DNA of 64,000 bases from Puccinia triticina. Lineage: Eukaryota. The notes under the pieces are model-generated. The model saw only the letters and a list, made by a program, of their open reading frames with translations, had not been told where the DNA came from and did not search any database. The translations under genes were made by a program, and so were the position numbers. Positions 1 through 13,200 of this stretch are shown here, piece after piece. The stretch is taken from contig CP110440.1 in NCBI GenBank assembly GCA_026914245.1, forward strand, positions 3,348,001-3,412,000. Reading direction: 5' to 3'. Numbering within the stretch: the first letter of the stretch is position 1; every line of letters starts with the position of its first letter.

Positions 1-27
1 GCCAAAATTTATGAAACCTGTCTTCAG

Positions 28-1249
28 TGAAGAGCGAGGATATCAGGATTACGGAAGCCCTAGGGGGACACGCATCCGGCCACTGTTTTGAAAAATCAAA
101 AAATGTGATTTTACAAAATACAGATGCATGAAACGTGTACCACATGTATACACCTTCCAACTTCGGGATTCCCTGAAACCAGAAGTTGGATTCTTGAATC
201 AATGGCCGGTGGAGATTGGTCATCGATAGGAGTCCACACCTCCGTTGATGCCCGGCCCGTACCGGCCGTCAATAGTCACTCGCCACATTCTCGATGACCG
301 GTTTGTTCCAGTCATCGAGAAGAAGATGTACTTCTCGAGATGACCGGTTTGTTCCGGTCATCGAGAGGAGTTATGTACTTCCCAAGATCCGGAACGAACC
401 GGTCATCTAGAGAAAGATGTACTCCTCAAAACGACCGGAATGAACCGGTCATCGAGAGAGTGATGTACTCCTCACAACGACCGGAACAAACCGGTCATCT
501 TGAGGAGTAGATTGATGGCCGGTTCGTTCCGATCATCGAGGGAGTATGCACTCCTCCCGATGACCGGTTCATTCCGGCCATCTAGAGGAGTACATACTCC
601 TCCCGATGACCGGTTCATTCCGGCCATCTAGAGGAGTACATACTCCTCCCGATGACCGGTTCGTTCCGGTCATCCTGAGGAGTACATACTCCTCTCGATG
701 ACCGGTTCGTTCTGGTCATCTACAGGAGCGTATACTCATCTCGATGACCAAGAGGACAGCCCATTGAGGGGAGCCCTCAATGACCGAACGGACCTGCCAT
801 CGAGGGGAATACGTTCCCGATGGCCGGTGTGTACCGCTCTGGCTGACCGGTCAGTACCGGTGACCGAGGAGTTGTTGATGAATCCGCGGTCCCATGGTAC
901 GCCTTCTCAAGCTCTCACATGAAAACATGAGCTCTGAGATTCATGGAATCCCAAAGTTGGAAGGTTTATACATGTGGTACATGTTTCATGCATCTGTATT
1001 TTGTGAAATAGCATTTTGTTGATTTTTCCAAACGGTGGCCGGATGCGTGTCCCTCTAGGGCTTCCATAGGATACTACTAGAAGTGATGGAAAAACTCCCC
1101 CAAGGGAAGAATATGATTTGCAAAGTATGTAGAGTATATATACAAGAGTGATTATGTAATTGGGTTGATGAGTAAAAATATGTAAAACCATAATGAAAGT
1201 ATGTAGTAAGATATAATATGATATGATGAAAATACGTAAAACCATGACA
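28..1249 (-). mobile_element. Copia-type LTR (~205 bp once the MITE is removed), split by the MITE at 52-1066
   Basis: Termini TGAAGAGC...CCATGACA. 28-49 plus 1069-1249 resembles the reverse complement of the PBS-adjacent LTR at 21520-21697 (shared gatatcaggat, ggaaaaactcccccaagggaa, gattatgtaattg). No clear TSD. Confidence 0.6.
52..1066. mobile_element. Non-autonomous Tc1/mariner-like MITE with TA TSD and internal ~46-bp tandem repeats
   Basis: ~125-bp imperfect TIRs (cggaagccctagggggacacgcatccggccac / gtggccggatgcgtgtccctctagggcttcca) with TA at 50-51 and 1067-1068. Internal array of gatgaccggttcattccggccatctagaggagtacatactcctccc-like units at ~290-760. Confidence 0.85.
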
Positions 1250-1260
1250 ATATTTATGGT

Positions 1261-1459
1261 TAGGGTGTTCAAAGTTGACTTGCATAAAATCATAACACCA
1301 TAAAATCATAAAATTCTAAGCTGAAAAAATATGTTGCACCCAAGCACTCAAATTAGAGCAACATTTCTAGAATGATACATATGAAATCATCACTTGAAAG
1401 TTTTACGATTTTATGATTTTATGCATTGAAAATTTTATGATTTCAACTTTGAACACCCT
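1261..1459. mobile_element. Small MITE (~200 bp)
   Basis: TIR agggtgttcaaagttga / tcaactttgaacaccct with cataaaatc subterminal repeats. Appears to sit inside the left TIR of the next element (tggt on both sides). Confidence 0.55.
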
Positions 1460-2765
1460 TGGTATTCAAAATTGCATAAGATTTTTTTACACCACGGGAG
1501 TGCGCCGACGTTGGTTTGCTGATTGTTTTTGCCGGCAACCTGACCCTCCCCGACCCAGCCAAACCTTCCTGCTGGCCGCTGTCGTGGTGTCGCGGTTTGC
1601 AGCCACAGTGTCGGGCTGACCACAAGCGCTGCCGCATATCTGACGGCAGCAGGGGCGGGTCGTCAACAGGCTGCCCTTGTTCAAACAAATCTCTCAGCGA
1701 CTCTCCAGGTTGTGAGATTATGTTTTTGGGCAGCCCCATTGGCAATCAGCCATCAAGCTACCCGCCATGTGATGGGTGCGTGGGATCATGTACTCGCACC
1801 TCTGCCGTGAGAGGCCGTGAGATTCCAGGCATGAGACACTCGGTGCGCTGCAAAAAAATCTTTGTAGCAAGCAAGGCTTGAACCCATGTTCCATCAGCAG
1901 CCCATGCTCAGAGGCACCGCATCTTCCAACTCGGCCAAAGGCCAATGATGATTGGTTGATGGGTAAAATTTGAGAATACAGCCTAGCATCCTCAAGATGG
2001 GCTGATCCAAATTTTTGCGAAGTCATTTTTTGTCAAAAAAAAAAACACTCTTCAATTTTTTTTTCTTGAGCTCTCGCATGAAAGAATAACCTCTGAGATG
2101 AGCAGGAAATGCTACGCTGAGGGAGGCCTTGATGGCAAGCCGGCGGCAAAACGCGGTCATCCTGACCCGGGTGAGCCTTGGCGAGACAGCTTCTGGGTTG
2201 GTTTGACAGCCCTGTGAGCTCAAGTCTGCAGTATCAGATGTGTCAGAAAAAAGACTGACCTTCGCGAGACGCCAGCGACGTGCTGCCCTGCATTCGCACG
2301 GCAGCCCGACAGTGTGTCATATGTTGTCGGGTTGTCACTCCGAGGGAGCCCAGGACAAGGACGGCTGCCGGGTGGCTGACAGGCAGCACAAGTTGGGTCA
2401 AGCCACCGGGTTGCCGGCAGGCTTGCGGCGGAATGACCAAGGTGGTCGCCTGTCGTCAAGAGGGACAGCAGCCTGACCGTTGCAGATGCCGACGACGTGC
2501 TGCCCTGCATTCACACGGCAGCCTGACAGGAGGGACACCCCAACGCCGTGCTGCCGTGCATTCACACGGTAGCCCGACGTGTGTCCCTTTGTTGTTGGGT
2601 TGTTGGTCCGAGGGAGCCGAAATCGCTCTCGTGGTGTACATGAAATCATAAACTACAATTTTGGCTGGGAGATGTCACTTTAAGTTTTATGCACGCTGAC
2701 ATCTCCCAGCCAAAATTGGCTTTATGATTTTATGTAAATAGTGACATATGCAATTTTGAATACCA
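1460..2765. mobile_element. Putative non-autonomous TIR element
   Basis: 19-bp inverted repeat tggtattcaaaattgcata (1460-1478) / tatgcaattttgaatacca (2747-2765). GC-rich repetitive interior with a hairpin at ~2657-2717. Confidence 0.45.
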
Positions 2766-2769
2766 TAAT

Positions 2770-3600
2770 TGTAAGACCTAGAATGACCAATCATAACACT
2801 CCCCCCCTCAGCAACCCAGAAAGAAAAGAACAATAGAAACCAAAAACATGAAACACAATTCACAAAAAGAATAAGCGCAAAATATAGAAGAACAGAGAAA
2901 GAACAACAAAGGAAAAATGGACAGAAAAAGAGAAATCGAGAAGCGGAATCCAAGAAGAGACAGAGATGCAAAGGGAGAAGACAACCATCGGAGAAAACCT
3001 GAGAGCGCCAAGTCAAAAAAAAATAAAACATATATGGTTAACCTTTGTTGAACCAATCACATGGAGAGCCCTGACAACACGGAGAGAGACGGACAGATGC
3101 GGGGGGCGTATGTTTGTCGCAGCAAGCGCATACTTTCCCCCCTATACTTGCCAAGGTGGGGGACGGGCACCGCAAGCCTGTCTGAGTGGCAAACTCATTG
3201 ACTTTCCTCCATCCCAACGCCTTTGTGAAGATGTCCGCGAGTTGATTTTTGGTGGAAATCCAATCAAGGCAAACCTTCTCCTGATACAAGAGTTCTTTGA
3301 TGATGTGGAACTCCCGATCAATGTGTCGATGTTCCTTGCGCGTTCCACAATCCTTGCTGATGTAGACGGCAGCTTTTTTGTCGGTAAGGATGAGAGGTGG
3401 GGAGATGGAAAAGAATTTCAAAACTAGAGACGAAATATAGCAGGCATCTTTTGATGTGAAGGAAAGAGCCACGTACTCAGCCTGGCACGTCAATTGTGCA
3501 CAGCAGGTCTGACGTTTGGAAGCCCAGGAAACAGGAGCACCCCACGCCGCAGAGATAAACTGTTTATTCAATTGCATCAAGAATTTTACTGCCGATGAAT
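2770..3600 (-). pseudogene. Copia retrotransposon 3' remnant (RNase H region and PPT)
   Basis: ORF 3038-3580(-) has PVSWASKRQT...AEYVAL, HRHIDREFH and QLADIFTKAL Ty1/copia RNase H motifs. A purine tract (complement of ctccccccctc at ~2799-2809) abuts a ...cataaca LTR-like end. Confidence 0.8.
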
Positions 3601-3824
3601 CGTACCAAGAACATGTGTAGAATCAGAAAAGAATACAAGAGAATGAGGATGCACGGAAAAAGGGAGAAAAAAAAAAGCAAAGGCTGCTGAAAACCGCCAA
3701 GAAGCCAAGCGGCGCAGGGTTACTACATGAATGACGGAACTTGTGATGTGATTTTGGGATAATGCAAAGCGCGGCACAAAGAATAGCACACCTGATGTCA
3801 TTGAGCCTCCTCCTCAGAATCCAC

Positions 3825-4725
3825 TAGAGAATCTGCCGTTGGACCCGCGGCAGGTACATGGCACCCGGCCCGCACCCGCCCGCGGGTGCCGGGTGCGGGT
3901 ACGGGTGCCTGTTTTTTGGGTAAAACGGGTGCGGCACCCGGGTACCTGCCCAGGTACCGCCCCAGCTCCCCCGGATGCGGTGGGGTTTGGGTCGTCCAGA
4001 CAACAAGGCTGCTGCAGCCTTGTCGTCCGGGAGGAATCCCTTCCGGGAGACAAGGCTGTTGTAGCCTTGTCGTCCGGGAGGAATCCCTTCCGGGAGACGA
4101 GGCTGTTGTAGCCTCGTCGTCCGGGAGGAATCCCTTCAGGGAGGCGAGGCTGTTGTGGCCTCGTCGTCCGGAAGGGGTCCCTTGCGGACAACAAGGCTAC
4201 AACAGCCTCGTCTCCCGGAATGGATCCCTTGCGGACAAGGAGGCTGTATCTCGTCGTCCGCAAGGGATCACTTGCGGACGATGAGTTGTAGCCTTGTTGT
4301 CCGCAAGTGAAACCTTGCGGACGACAAGATACAGCCTTGTTGTCCGCAAGTGAACCCTTGCGGACGAAAAGATACAGCCCTGTCGTCCGCAAGTGAACCC
4401 TTGCGGACGAAAAGATACAGCCTCGTCGTCTGCAAGGGATCACTTACGAGCGACAAGGCTGTTGTAGCGTCGTCGTCCGCGGATCCCTTGCGAGCGACGA
4501 GGCTGTTGTAGCGTCGTCGTCCGCGGATCCCTTGCGGACGACAAGACTACAACAGCCTCGTCTCCCGGAAGGGATCCTTTCCGGCGCCACCCGCCGGTAC
4601 ACCGCTGGTACACCCGCGGCACCCGCCGGCAGGTGCCGGGTACGGGTGCGGATGCCTATTTTTCAGGTAAAACGGGTGCGGCACCTGGGTGCCGCTGGCA
4701 CCTGGGTCCAACGGCAGATTCTCTA
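3825..4725. mobile_element. hAT-type MITE with 8-bp TSD
   Basis: 22-bp perfect TIR tagagaatctgccgttggaccc / gggtccaacggcagattctcta. TSD gaatccac at 3817-3824 and 4726-4733. Internal ~40-bp tandem repeats and cacccg subterminal motifs. Confidence 0.92.
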
Positions 4726-6988
4726 GAATCCACAGACAAGACAAGCCACAGGTCTCTGAGGGAATGGGCCCAAGCCACACTACCCACAAGGAACGGTGGA
4801 CGGCACAAGGCAAGCAAGATGGGCAAATTGGCCACATTGTGAGTATTAAAGGAGCCCTTGTTAGCCATCCAGATCAGAACCCAGGCTAACAAGTCTTCCC
4901 ACTCCATCATAGATCACTCACTCACAGAATCACTTCGCCCCCATTAGCCACTAGACTAAGTCTCAATACTATTAAGTAAGTGGCAATAGATCCTGTCACA
5001 AATGTGACTCGTAATAGTGAATCGGTGATCTAATGATGAACTTCTATTGCACAATAGGCATCAACCAATCTCATCAAAGAAGGACCACTAAGCTGTTCAA
5101 ACGTGTCCAGCCATTCTTGACAGACAGACAGGGAAGGCAGACCCTGCCAAAGATCCAGTTACTAGCAGCAACAATTGCTGACTGTGCACCAACAGATAGA
5201 CAGATTAGTCTTAATCAATCTGTTGATTATCCGGTCAAAACTTGTCCATTCCTTCACTTCATCAGTCTCACCTCATCCTCAGCCTAGCGCGGACCATTGA
5301 AGTCCTGCTCTTAGGTAATCTCTCTTTTCATTTCGTTATCAAATCACAAGACAAGAAAATTGTATATAGCACAACAGATTCTTATTGAAATAAAAAAAAC
5401 CTCTTAGTTGTCTGAAATTTTACAAGTTTTGCCGCCCATAACTTCCACTTGGCCTGCTTCTGAGGCGAAGAAGCAATCCTTCGGCATATGTAATCTACCT
5501 ACAAAAATATGCAGAAAAAAGAGTCTGATTCAACTAAATGCAAATTTTATATAATTGGAAATGAAATCGATGTACCTTTTTGAGGGTGAATCCATTCCTG
5601 GATTTGTCACAATGATTGTTTGAATCAGGTTCTTCATTGCGCTCCCAACCCGGCTCAGGTGATTCTTCTTCGGCATCATCAGGATCAACAGTTTCATCCT
5701 CAGAGATATCATTGTCATTTTTTACAATCTCTATGATTTCATCAGTTTCTTCAACCACTTCTTCTTCCTCCTGAACCTCAACAATAGTGTTGAGCATTGG
5801 AAAGTATTCATCACTTTTTTCGGGTCTTACCATGGCTCCTGAGAGCTTGAGAGCCTTCAGACCAGCTCCTAATATCAATGCGATGACATGGCAAATGCAA
5901 CAATGATGGTTACTGGCTACGTCCCATCTGGTTGCATCAAAAGCTTGGAACTTGACCAATACTGCTTTCGCCATTGTAAAGTTGTTACTACCCAAGTCGG
6001 TGGTCTGGGCAAGGACGTACAAGAGAAAAAAGATAAGTAAAGCGAGTAGACCCATTGATAAAGCTAGATAAATCCAGTAATAATAAAAAAAAACTTATCT
6101 TTTGATGGAGACCATGCTTTGTCAGTATATTGGCAAAGGGGGATGCCCAATACTTGCCATTGTGATGCCACAAGACATACTTGATTGCAAGATTTTGGCA
6201 ATTATACTTCCATTCCTTATCAATGTAGCAGCATGTGATCCCAACAAACGCCTTGTGGCTTCCTTTTGTGGTCCACACATCTGATACAAGGAATATTTGT
6301 GATTTGGAAGCCTATCATGTAGTGAGAAAAAGATAAGACATAATCAGAATAAGCAATTGGATAGAAAGATTAAAAAGCAAATGCAACATACCATGATTGA
6401 TTTGACTACCTGTGTACACTGCTCAAGATAGATCTGGTGAGCCTGTGACGCAGCTCACACCCAAGAGTGTAGCTGAGAATTGAGACACAAGAAGTCAAAG
6501 CACACTTGGAGTAGAAAATATTTGAGTCTTAGCCAGGGGAGTGAATGTTGGACAATCCAGATTACAAGCAGCTTGTTCAATGTCGTGTTGCTGAACCGAC
6601 CTTTGGTAGTGTACGCAATGAGGGTACCAGTTGAGTTTGGATTTGATTTCGCCTCCATGGAGACAAGTTTGGTGGAGGAGGGGGGGAGTGAGCAGCCAGA
6701 TTTGATTGCCTCTGCGCGTCCTGGGCAGGCTGATTGAATGGAGCCCTTGTAGTTGGACCCGTCACGATGAGCCTTGAGATTATAGTAAGATTGCCCGGTT
6801 GGCTTGAATTTATTTGAGCACCATTGACAGGCATATGATTTGTCATCCGGCTTCTGTATATGCAAAGATGAAGGGATCTTTAATGCAATAATAACGTAAA
6901 AACAATACATTGTTCTTATTAGATTTTGATACATACTTATTTGGGTCCTTCTCCAGGAGGATAGAAGTACCGCTGGCAGTGATCAAAC

Positions 6989-7641
6989 CAGCGGTGGGCA
7001 GATATGTTCTCCAAATGGATAACTCTGAGGGTAACATAACCTTTACAGTTACGTTATCTGCTAGTTACACTGTACAGATATCTAATTTGGAGTTACGATA
7101 TCTGCTGCAGTAAATGGGCTCCATTTTATCTAGTTACGTTCCCTGGTTATTTTGAACAAAACCAGTTTCGTTACGTTTTTTCCCCAGATTTGGGGAACTT
7201 TGGTGTAAAGTTCTGGTAAAGGCCCTGATTTGTGGTTGTTTTTATCAAGATGAGCGAGTGTTTGATCAAGTTGACACTAAACCACCGCATATACTCAGTA
7301 TGCTGCCAGGAAGCCAGATTGAAAGTCGTTCAGAGTGAGGGTTGAACCCACAACTTCAAACATCACTAACCCAGAGAGGCAAGCCTTAACCAATAAGCTA
7401 AAGACATGATACCAACTTGCTCTTTTTCCAATAATCTCAACCCCCTTTACAAAAAGCCCCATATAAAAAAAAGTTATGCAACCAAAAACATAAAAAATCA
7501 GGTTGAAAAAAAAGTTACTTTACTCTACTCTACTGCACAAATTTTGTACGTTACCAAAATGGCCAATTTGGATAACTAAAAAGATGTTATGTTATCCGAT
7601 TTCACAGCTGTAACGTAAAGTAATGTATCTGCCCACCACTG
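6989..7641. mobile_element. hAT-like MITE inserted in the transposase, decayed 7-bp TSD
   Basis: TIR cagcggtgggcagata / tatctgcccaccactg. Flanks atcaaac / attgaac. Removing it restores the transposase reading ...NRDGFDHCQRYFYPPG. Confidence 0.8.
7328..7407 (-). other. tRNA-derived (SINE-head-like) sequence inside the MITE
   Basis: Minus strand reads tagcttattggttaaggc (A box, D arm) ... gtgggttcaaccctcac (B box, paired T arm). Acceptor and anticodon stems are degenerate. Confidence 0.6.
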
Positions 7642-9109
7642 ATTGAACCCATCCCTATTTTTTGATTTATTGTTTTCTGGACAAGGGGCTACTTGGTTGT
7701 TATTGCCCTCTGAGTCCTGGCTGAGGTTAACATTGACTTGCTTGCCAGTGCGTTTTGACTGCTGCTTCAAACCAGAAGGGGCCTATTTACAAATCAGCCA
7801 TTGTTAGTTGTTTTTTCTTGGATAAAGAAATGTCATACATACATTTTTTTGCTGCCCCTTTGGTGAATTTTTTCCTAGAAATTTCAATCTTTTCTTCACT
7901 TTCCGCTTCACCGTTGATTTGCTCAATTTCCTCCAATCTTTCCGGAACGGGCGCATGGGCAGTTTTATTTCTGAACAGCTTGGAAATGGTTGAACTTGTG
8001 AGACCACGGCGAGAATCACTAAGAGGTGTGATAAAACCTGGTTGAGAGATTGGAGTTCAAAGGTGCGAGGATTGATGAGTTGATTGTGGCAAATCAGTGG
8101 GATCTTCCACAGGATTGGGAGGGGTGTGGACTTGAGCCTCGCCACCAGTATCTTCAGACATTACAAACTATAGGAAGGTCAGGGGATGAGAGAAGTTGGT
8201 TACACCGGGTCAGAAGATGTGATAAAAATTTTAGAAGGGGAGATCAGACTTACTTGCTAGGCTTAGTGGGTCAGGTTGATTGGAGCAGCGCAGGGAAGAG
8301 CAGACAAGATTTGGTGGGACCTTTGGAGTGCTGGTCGGCAATAAACATAATTGAGGGGTGGGTTGTAAACACGCAGCCAGAATATTCATACTCAAAAGCG
8401 CAGCGGCTGTAATTTTAGCGGGTTAAAAGCGCAAAAGCGGTATATCAAGCGCAAAAGCGGTGGAATTAGCGCTTCCCGCTGCGCTGCGCTGTTTTGTAGT
8501 TGAAGCGGTGTTTTTTTCGCTGCGCTAGCGCTAGTTGGCTTGGGAAAAAAGCGGGGAACCGCTACTTTCAGCGGTAGCGCAGCGGTGCTCCCGCTGCGCT
8601 ACCGCCTTCTGGGCTGGCCACGTAGCGATTGGCCGCTGCGCTGCGCTAAATGGCCGCTTTTTTTAGCGAAGCGCAGCGGTTACACCATTGGCGCCAGTAA
8701 CCATTCAAAACCGGAGTTATCTAGAAAAGAGGCAGAATGCCTTATCTTATCAGGCAACACACTTTTATTTTGACAGCAGAAGCACGGTAGAGGCTAGAGG
8801 GTGTGACGTAGTCCAGCCTTGGTTGACAATGTCGCGGCCTCAAATATGTCCAGATTTAGATAAGTGTGAATGGACTTCGAGTTCAAAATTTTGGGGTACA
8901 TTTTGAGAATTGGGTGATGCCAGGTGCACTGCATCCAACTGATTCTCAGCCCTCAAAAATGTCAACTGGACATCAAAAAACACTGTACAGTGGGTAATCT
9001 AATGTTTTTGGCACCACATTTTTCAATGCAGAAGCTCAGGCCACAGACTTCAAGTCATGATATTGGCTTCAGGGGTGGAAAAGAAGTTCTGAAGAATGAT
9101 TCTGACATA

Positions 9110-9600
9110 AAAAAAGGAAAAATGTGGAAAATTTCTAATTTCTTGCCAATTTCTCAGAATTTTCATTGCTGTTCAAACCAAGGGAAAATTTGAGAGCACA
9201 GTATGGCATGCAACAGGAATGGTGAAATGAAAATTTTCCAATTTCTCAGAATTTTCATTGCTGTTCAAACCAAGGGAAAATTTGAGAGCACAGTATGGCA
9301 TGCAACAGGAATGGTGAAATGAAAATTTTTGAAACCATTGACAATGGTTTTTGTTGGATCAAATAAATTGAGTCCAATTGTTGGTGATTTGGGATACAGT
9401 CCCTGAGTTCAATTTGAAATTGGTGGATAACCCATCCACCCAAAAAATCATTGGCAATGGTTTCAATTTTTTTCATTTTTTATCATTCCTGTTGCATGTC
9501 ATACTCTACTCTCTAACTTTCCCTCCTTGGTTTGAACAGTAATGAACATTCTGAGACATTTGCAAGAAATTAGATGGTTTTCACTTTTTTCATTTTTTCA
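9110..9600. repeat. Fold-back MITE-like sequence with a ~92-bp tandem duplication in the left arm
   Basis: aatttctcagaattttcattgctgttcaaaccaagggaaaatttgagagcacagtatggcatgcaacaggaatgg occurs twice (~9148-9330). A diverged inverted copy lies at ~9480-9580. Confidence 0.7.
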
Positions 9601-10115
9601 TTCAGGCGGCGGCCAGGCCGGCGAGATGAAGGCCAATAAGTAGGCACTGGAGCAAGGCTTGGGACCCAGGAGTCTCTGCGTGCCCAAGCTTTTCTGCTCA
9701 TTGCTTCATCTCAGAGGGGAAATTCCCCTTTCATTTTTTGCTCCACCCACCCACCCTTCAGTTGTTCTTCCTACATAGCCCAGGAAGGGGGTTTGGGCTT
9801 GGCACCTCATCCCCCACTCCCTGAGCTATCAGGTTTCAGTGTCTGCTTGGGGAAAGTGTCTTGGCCTCACCTCAGTGAGGGCAAAAAACTGGCAACAGTT
9901 TTTGGCGAGAAGACACTTTCTCCCCTTCGACCCACACACAGCAAGGCACATGTGAGACAAAAAGGCTCCCCCCTGGAGGAGGTAGAGCCTTTTGAGCCTT
10001 TAGCTGTGTCAGACTCAGGAACACAGAGGTGGCGCGGAGCGCACAAACCGCGACAGCACAGCATGAGCCGCCCGCAGCCCTCCGCCCGACCCGGCGACCG
10101 GCGGTAGCATGGACG

Positions 10116-10141
10116 ACGCGTCTGGCTGACTCTTGACGCGT
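10116..10141 (+). promoter_or_regulatory. Two MluI cell-cycle boxes (MCB, ACGCGT) upstream of MCM4
   Basis: ACGCGT at 10116-10121 and 10136-10141, ~100 bp upstream of the ATG. A CRE-like TTACGTCA follows at 10151-10158. Confidence 0.6.
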
Positions 10142-10232
10142 GCGGGTTGCTTACGTCATCCCGAGCTTTCTCCACTTCGCCGCTCCGCCACGAAGAAGGG
10201 CAGCCTCAGCTGGAACCGACCATCTCGTGACC

Positions 10233-13200
10233 ATGTCGACTCCCTCCAACAATGAAGAACGCATGCGTCTGCAACTCTCGTCGGTCCCAGATGCAAGCAG
10301 CAGCCCGATGGTATTCCCCAGCTCATCGGCAGGACATCCGAGCAGTGATGCTGCACCCCGATCAGGCTCACGCGTCCAAGGAATCAGGCGATCAGCCCAG
10401 ACTCGTCAGCCTTTCTTTCGTGGATTTTGTGTATTGCCGGGTTTCGGAATTTGAAAAGGAAAAGGATTAATTGGTGGTCTCTGGTTGCTTCCCCCACAGA
10501 TCTCAATTCGTCATCTCCTCTGCGCTTCCCTTCCAGCTCAAACTCAACCGTCACCGGTAGAAGGTCCGGCCGTCCGAACCCCTCGAGCGAACCCTTGTTC
10601 TTGCCGCCGTAAGTGTAGCATGAGGGAGCTTCATGGTTTCACAGATACAAACTGACCTTGGATGTGCGTGTTTCATCCGATCCAGATCTTCACATGAAGG
10701 TACTCCACGTGCATCTCGCCCATCGAACAGACGAGGCGACATCCACTCTACCGTCCCCTCGCTCTCGTCCCCATCCGTACATCCGAGGCTGCACCCGCAA
10801 GTCCCCTCCTCGAGCGCTGGGCTAGGCCAAACGCCAAACGCGCCCGGCTCCGAGGCTCCTTCCCAGCACCCAACGTCTAGCCAGGCCGCGCCTCCCGAGC
10901 CAGAAACTCAGACAGTCATCTGGGGAACCCTCGTCTCGCTCCAGGACTCTATGCAGACCTTCCGTCAGTTCTTGCAGGGCTTCAAGAAAAAATATCGCTT
11001 GGCTTTCGACCTCAAAATCTCCGTCGAGGACGCCTCCATGCTTTCTAACGGCGACCAACTGCTCTATGTAGACTATATGCGCAAGATGCGTCTCACTGTA
11101 AGTATAAACACCACACAATTCTCTTCTGGCCAATTCACCTATACTAATTGCCCATTTGTTGGTTTGTCTATTGCGCGTAGTCACAGACAAACTTGAATTT
11201 GGATTTGATCAATCTACTGGCGTTCCCACCGACCAAAAATCTATACAACCAAATCCTCAATTACCCTCAAGAACTGATTCCGATATGCGATCAAGTACTT
11301 AAGGATTGCGCGATCGAATTAGCCGAAGAGGATCGAGAGAGGGGAGATCTAGAATCAGAAGCGATACCAACAGACGAGGAGATCGCGGAGATGGAGGGCC
11401 GGATCTACAAGATTCGCCCGTTTGGATATGCGGGCCAGTCACCCGAAAGCAGTGCCGCGACCACCGCCGGTCAGCCGGTCCATCGAGGGGTGAATATGCG
11501 GCTGCTGAATCCGGGAGATATCGACAAGATTGTGGCAATTAAAGGGCTTGTTATCCGGGCCACCCCGGTGATCCCGGACATGAAGCTAGCCTTCTTCAGG
11601 TGTCTGAGCTGTGGCCATGTGACGACGGTGGAGATCGACCGGGGAAAGATCGCCGAACCCCAACGTTGTCCCCGGGAGGTTTGCGACCAACCTGGGGGGA
11701 TGAGTCTGATCCACAACCGCTGCGAGTTCGCCGACCGACAGGTGATCAGACTCCAGGAGACACCAGACGAAGTGCCCGACGGCCAAACCCCTCACAGCGT
11801 TAGTCTTTGCGTCTACGACGAACTCGTCGACTCCGCCAAGCCTGGTGACCGGGTCGAGATCACTGGGATCTTCAGAAGCGTCGCCGTGCGCGTCAACCCC
11901 AAACAACGTGTGATCAAAAGCCTCTTCAAAACTTATCTCGACGTCCTACACATCAAGCGCAGTGACTCGAGACGGTTGGGTGTCGACCTGAGCACCCGGT
12001 CGACCGATGGTCGAGCCAACGACGGTGTCGTTGGAGTGGGCGGAGACGACGAGGAAGAGCAAACTGGAGGAGGTACTTCAGAGGATAACCTGTTCAGAAC
12101 CGGCCGAGATAATCCGAGCAACCGGGCCGAACTAGAAGAAAAGCTGTTAGAATTATCCCGGCGACCGGAGATCTATGAGATTCTCTCTCGATCCTTGGCC
12201 CCTAGTGTCTGGGAAATGGATGACGTTAAAAAGGGCATCTTGTTGCAGCTCTTCGGCGGGACTAATAAGACCATCGGCGGCTCGGCTGCCAGTCGTAATG
12301 GGTCTGGTGGCCCACGTTATCGTGGGGATATCAATGTGCTTCTGGTTGGTGATCCGGGAGTTAGTAAAAGTCAAATCTTACAGGTTGGTCGATTTCACAT
12401 CCATAACACCCATTAGTCTCAAACTAATTTTTAGAGGCGATGTAGTACGTGCACAAGATTGCGCCTCGAGGGGTTTATACTTCAGGCAAAGGCTCCTCAG
12501 CAGTCGGCTTGACGGCCTACGTGACCCGGGACCCCGATTCCCGCCAACTGGTTTTAGAGAGTGGGGCGCTAGTGTTGAGCGATGGCGGGGTATGTTGTAT
12601 TGATGAGTTTGACAAGATGTCGGATGCGACCCGGTCGGTGTTGCATGAAGTGATGGAGCAGCAGACGGTCTCGATCGCCAAGGCCGGGATCATCACCACT
12701 CTCAACGCACGCACCTCCGTCCTGGCTGCCGCTAACCCCGTCGGCTCTAAGTACAACCTCGCCTGGCCTATAACCAAGAATATCGACCTCCCCCCGACCC
12801 TCATCTCTCGCTTCGATCTCCTCTACCTCGTCCTCGATAAAGTCGACGAGGCTTCCGATCGCAAGCTCGCCAAACATCTCGTCGCCCTCTATCTCGAAGA
12901 CCGTCCAGAGACGGGCGGCTTAGACATTCTGGTATGTGACCCATCCGCATCCATTTTTACCAAACGTCAAATGGTCTGTTTTGTTGAGACAACGATTTTT
13001 TTTTTTGTTGGGGTTAAGCCTGTGCAAACCTTAACGGCCTACATTTCGTTTGCACGGAACCACATCCATCCGGTGTTAACGGAAGAGGCATGCGACGCAT
13101 TAGTGCGAGCATATGTGACAATGCGTAAAGCGGGTGAAGACAGTCGGACGAGCGAGCGGCGGATCACCGCGACCACCCGTCAGCTTGAGAGCATGGTCCG

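Larger units (their letters stand above)
5420..8145 (-). pseudogene. Degenerate spliced hAT transposase, 3'-truncated, interrupted by a MITE
   Basis: Fragments YACQWC...NLKAHRDG...ACPGR (BED-like), SLPWLR, WTTKGSHKAFVGITCCYIDKEW, AQTTDLGSNN, HHCCICHVIALIL and ICRRIASSPQKQ are collinear with the transposase at 43137-46272. Subterminal gcgctgcgct repeats at 8395-8690 end in a TIR-like ...gttacaccattg (8690). Confidence 0.85.
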
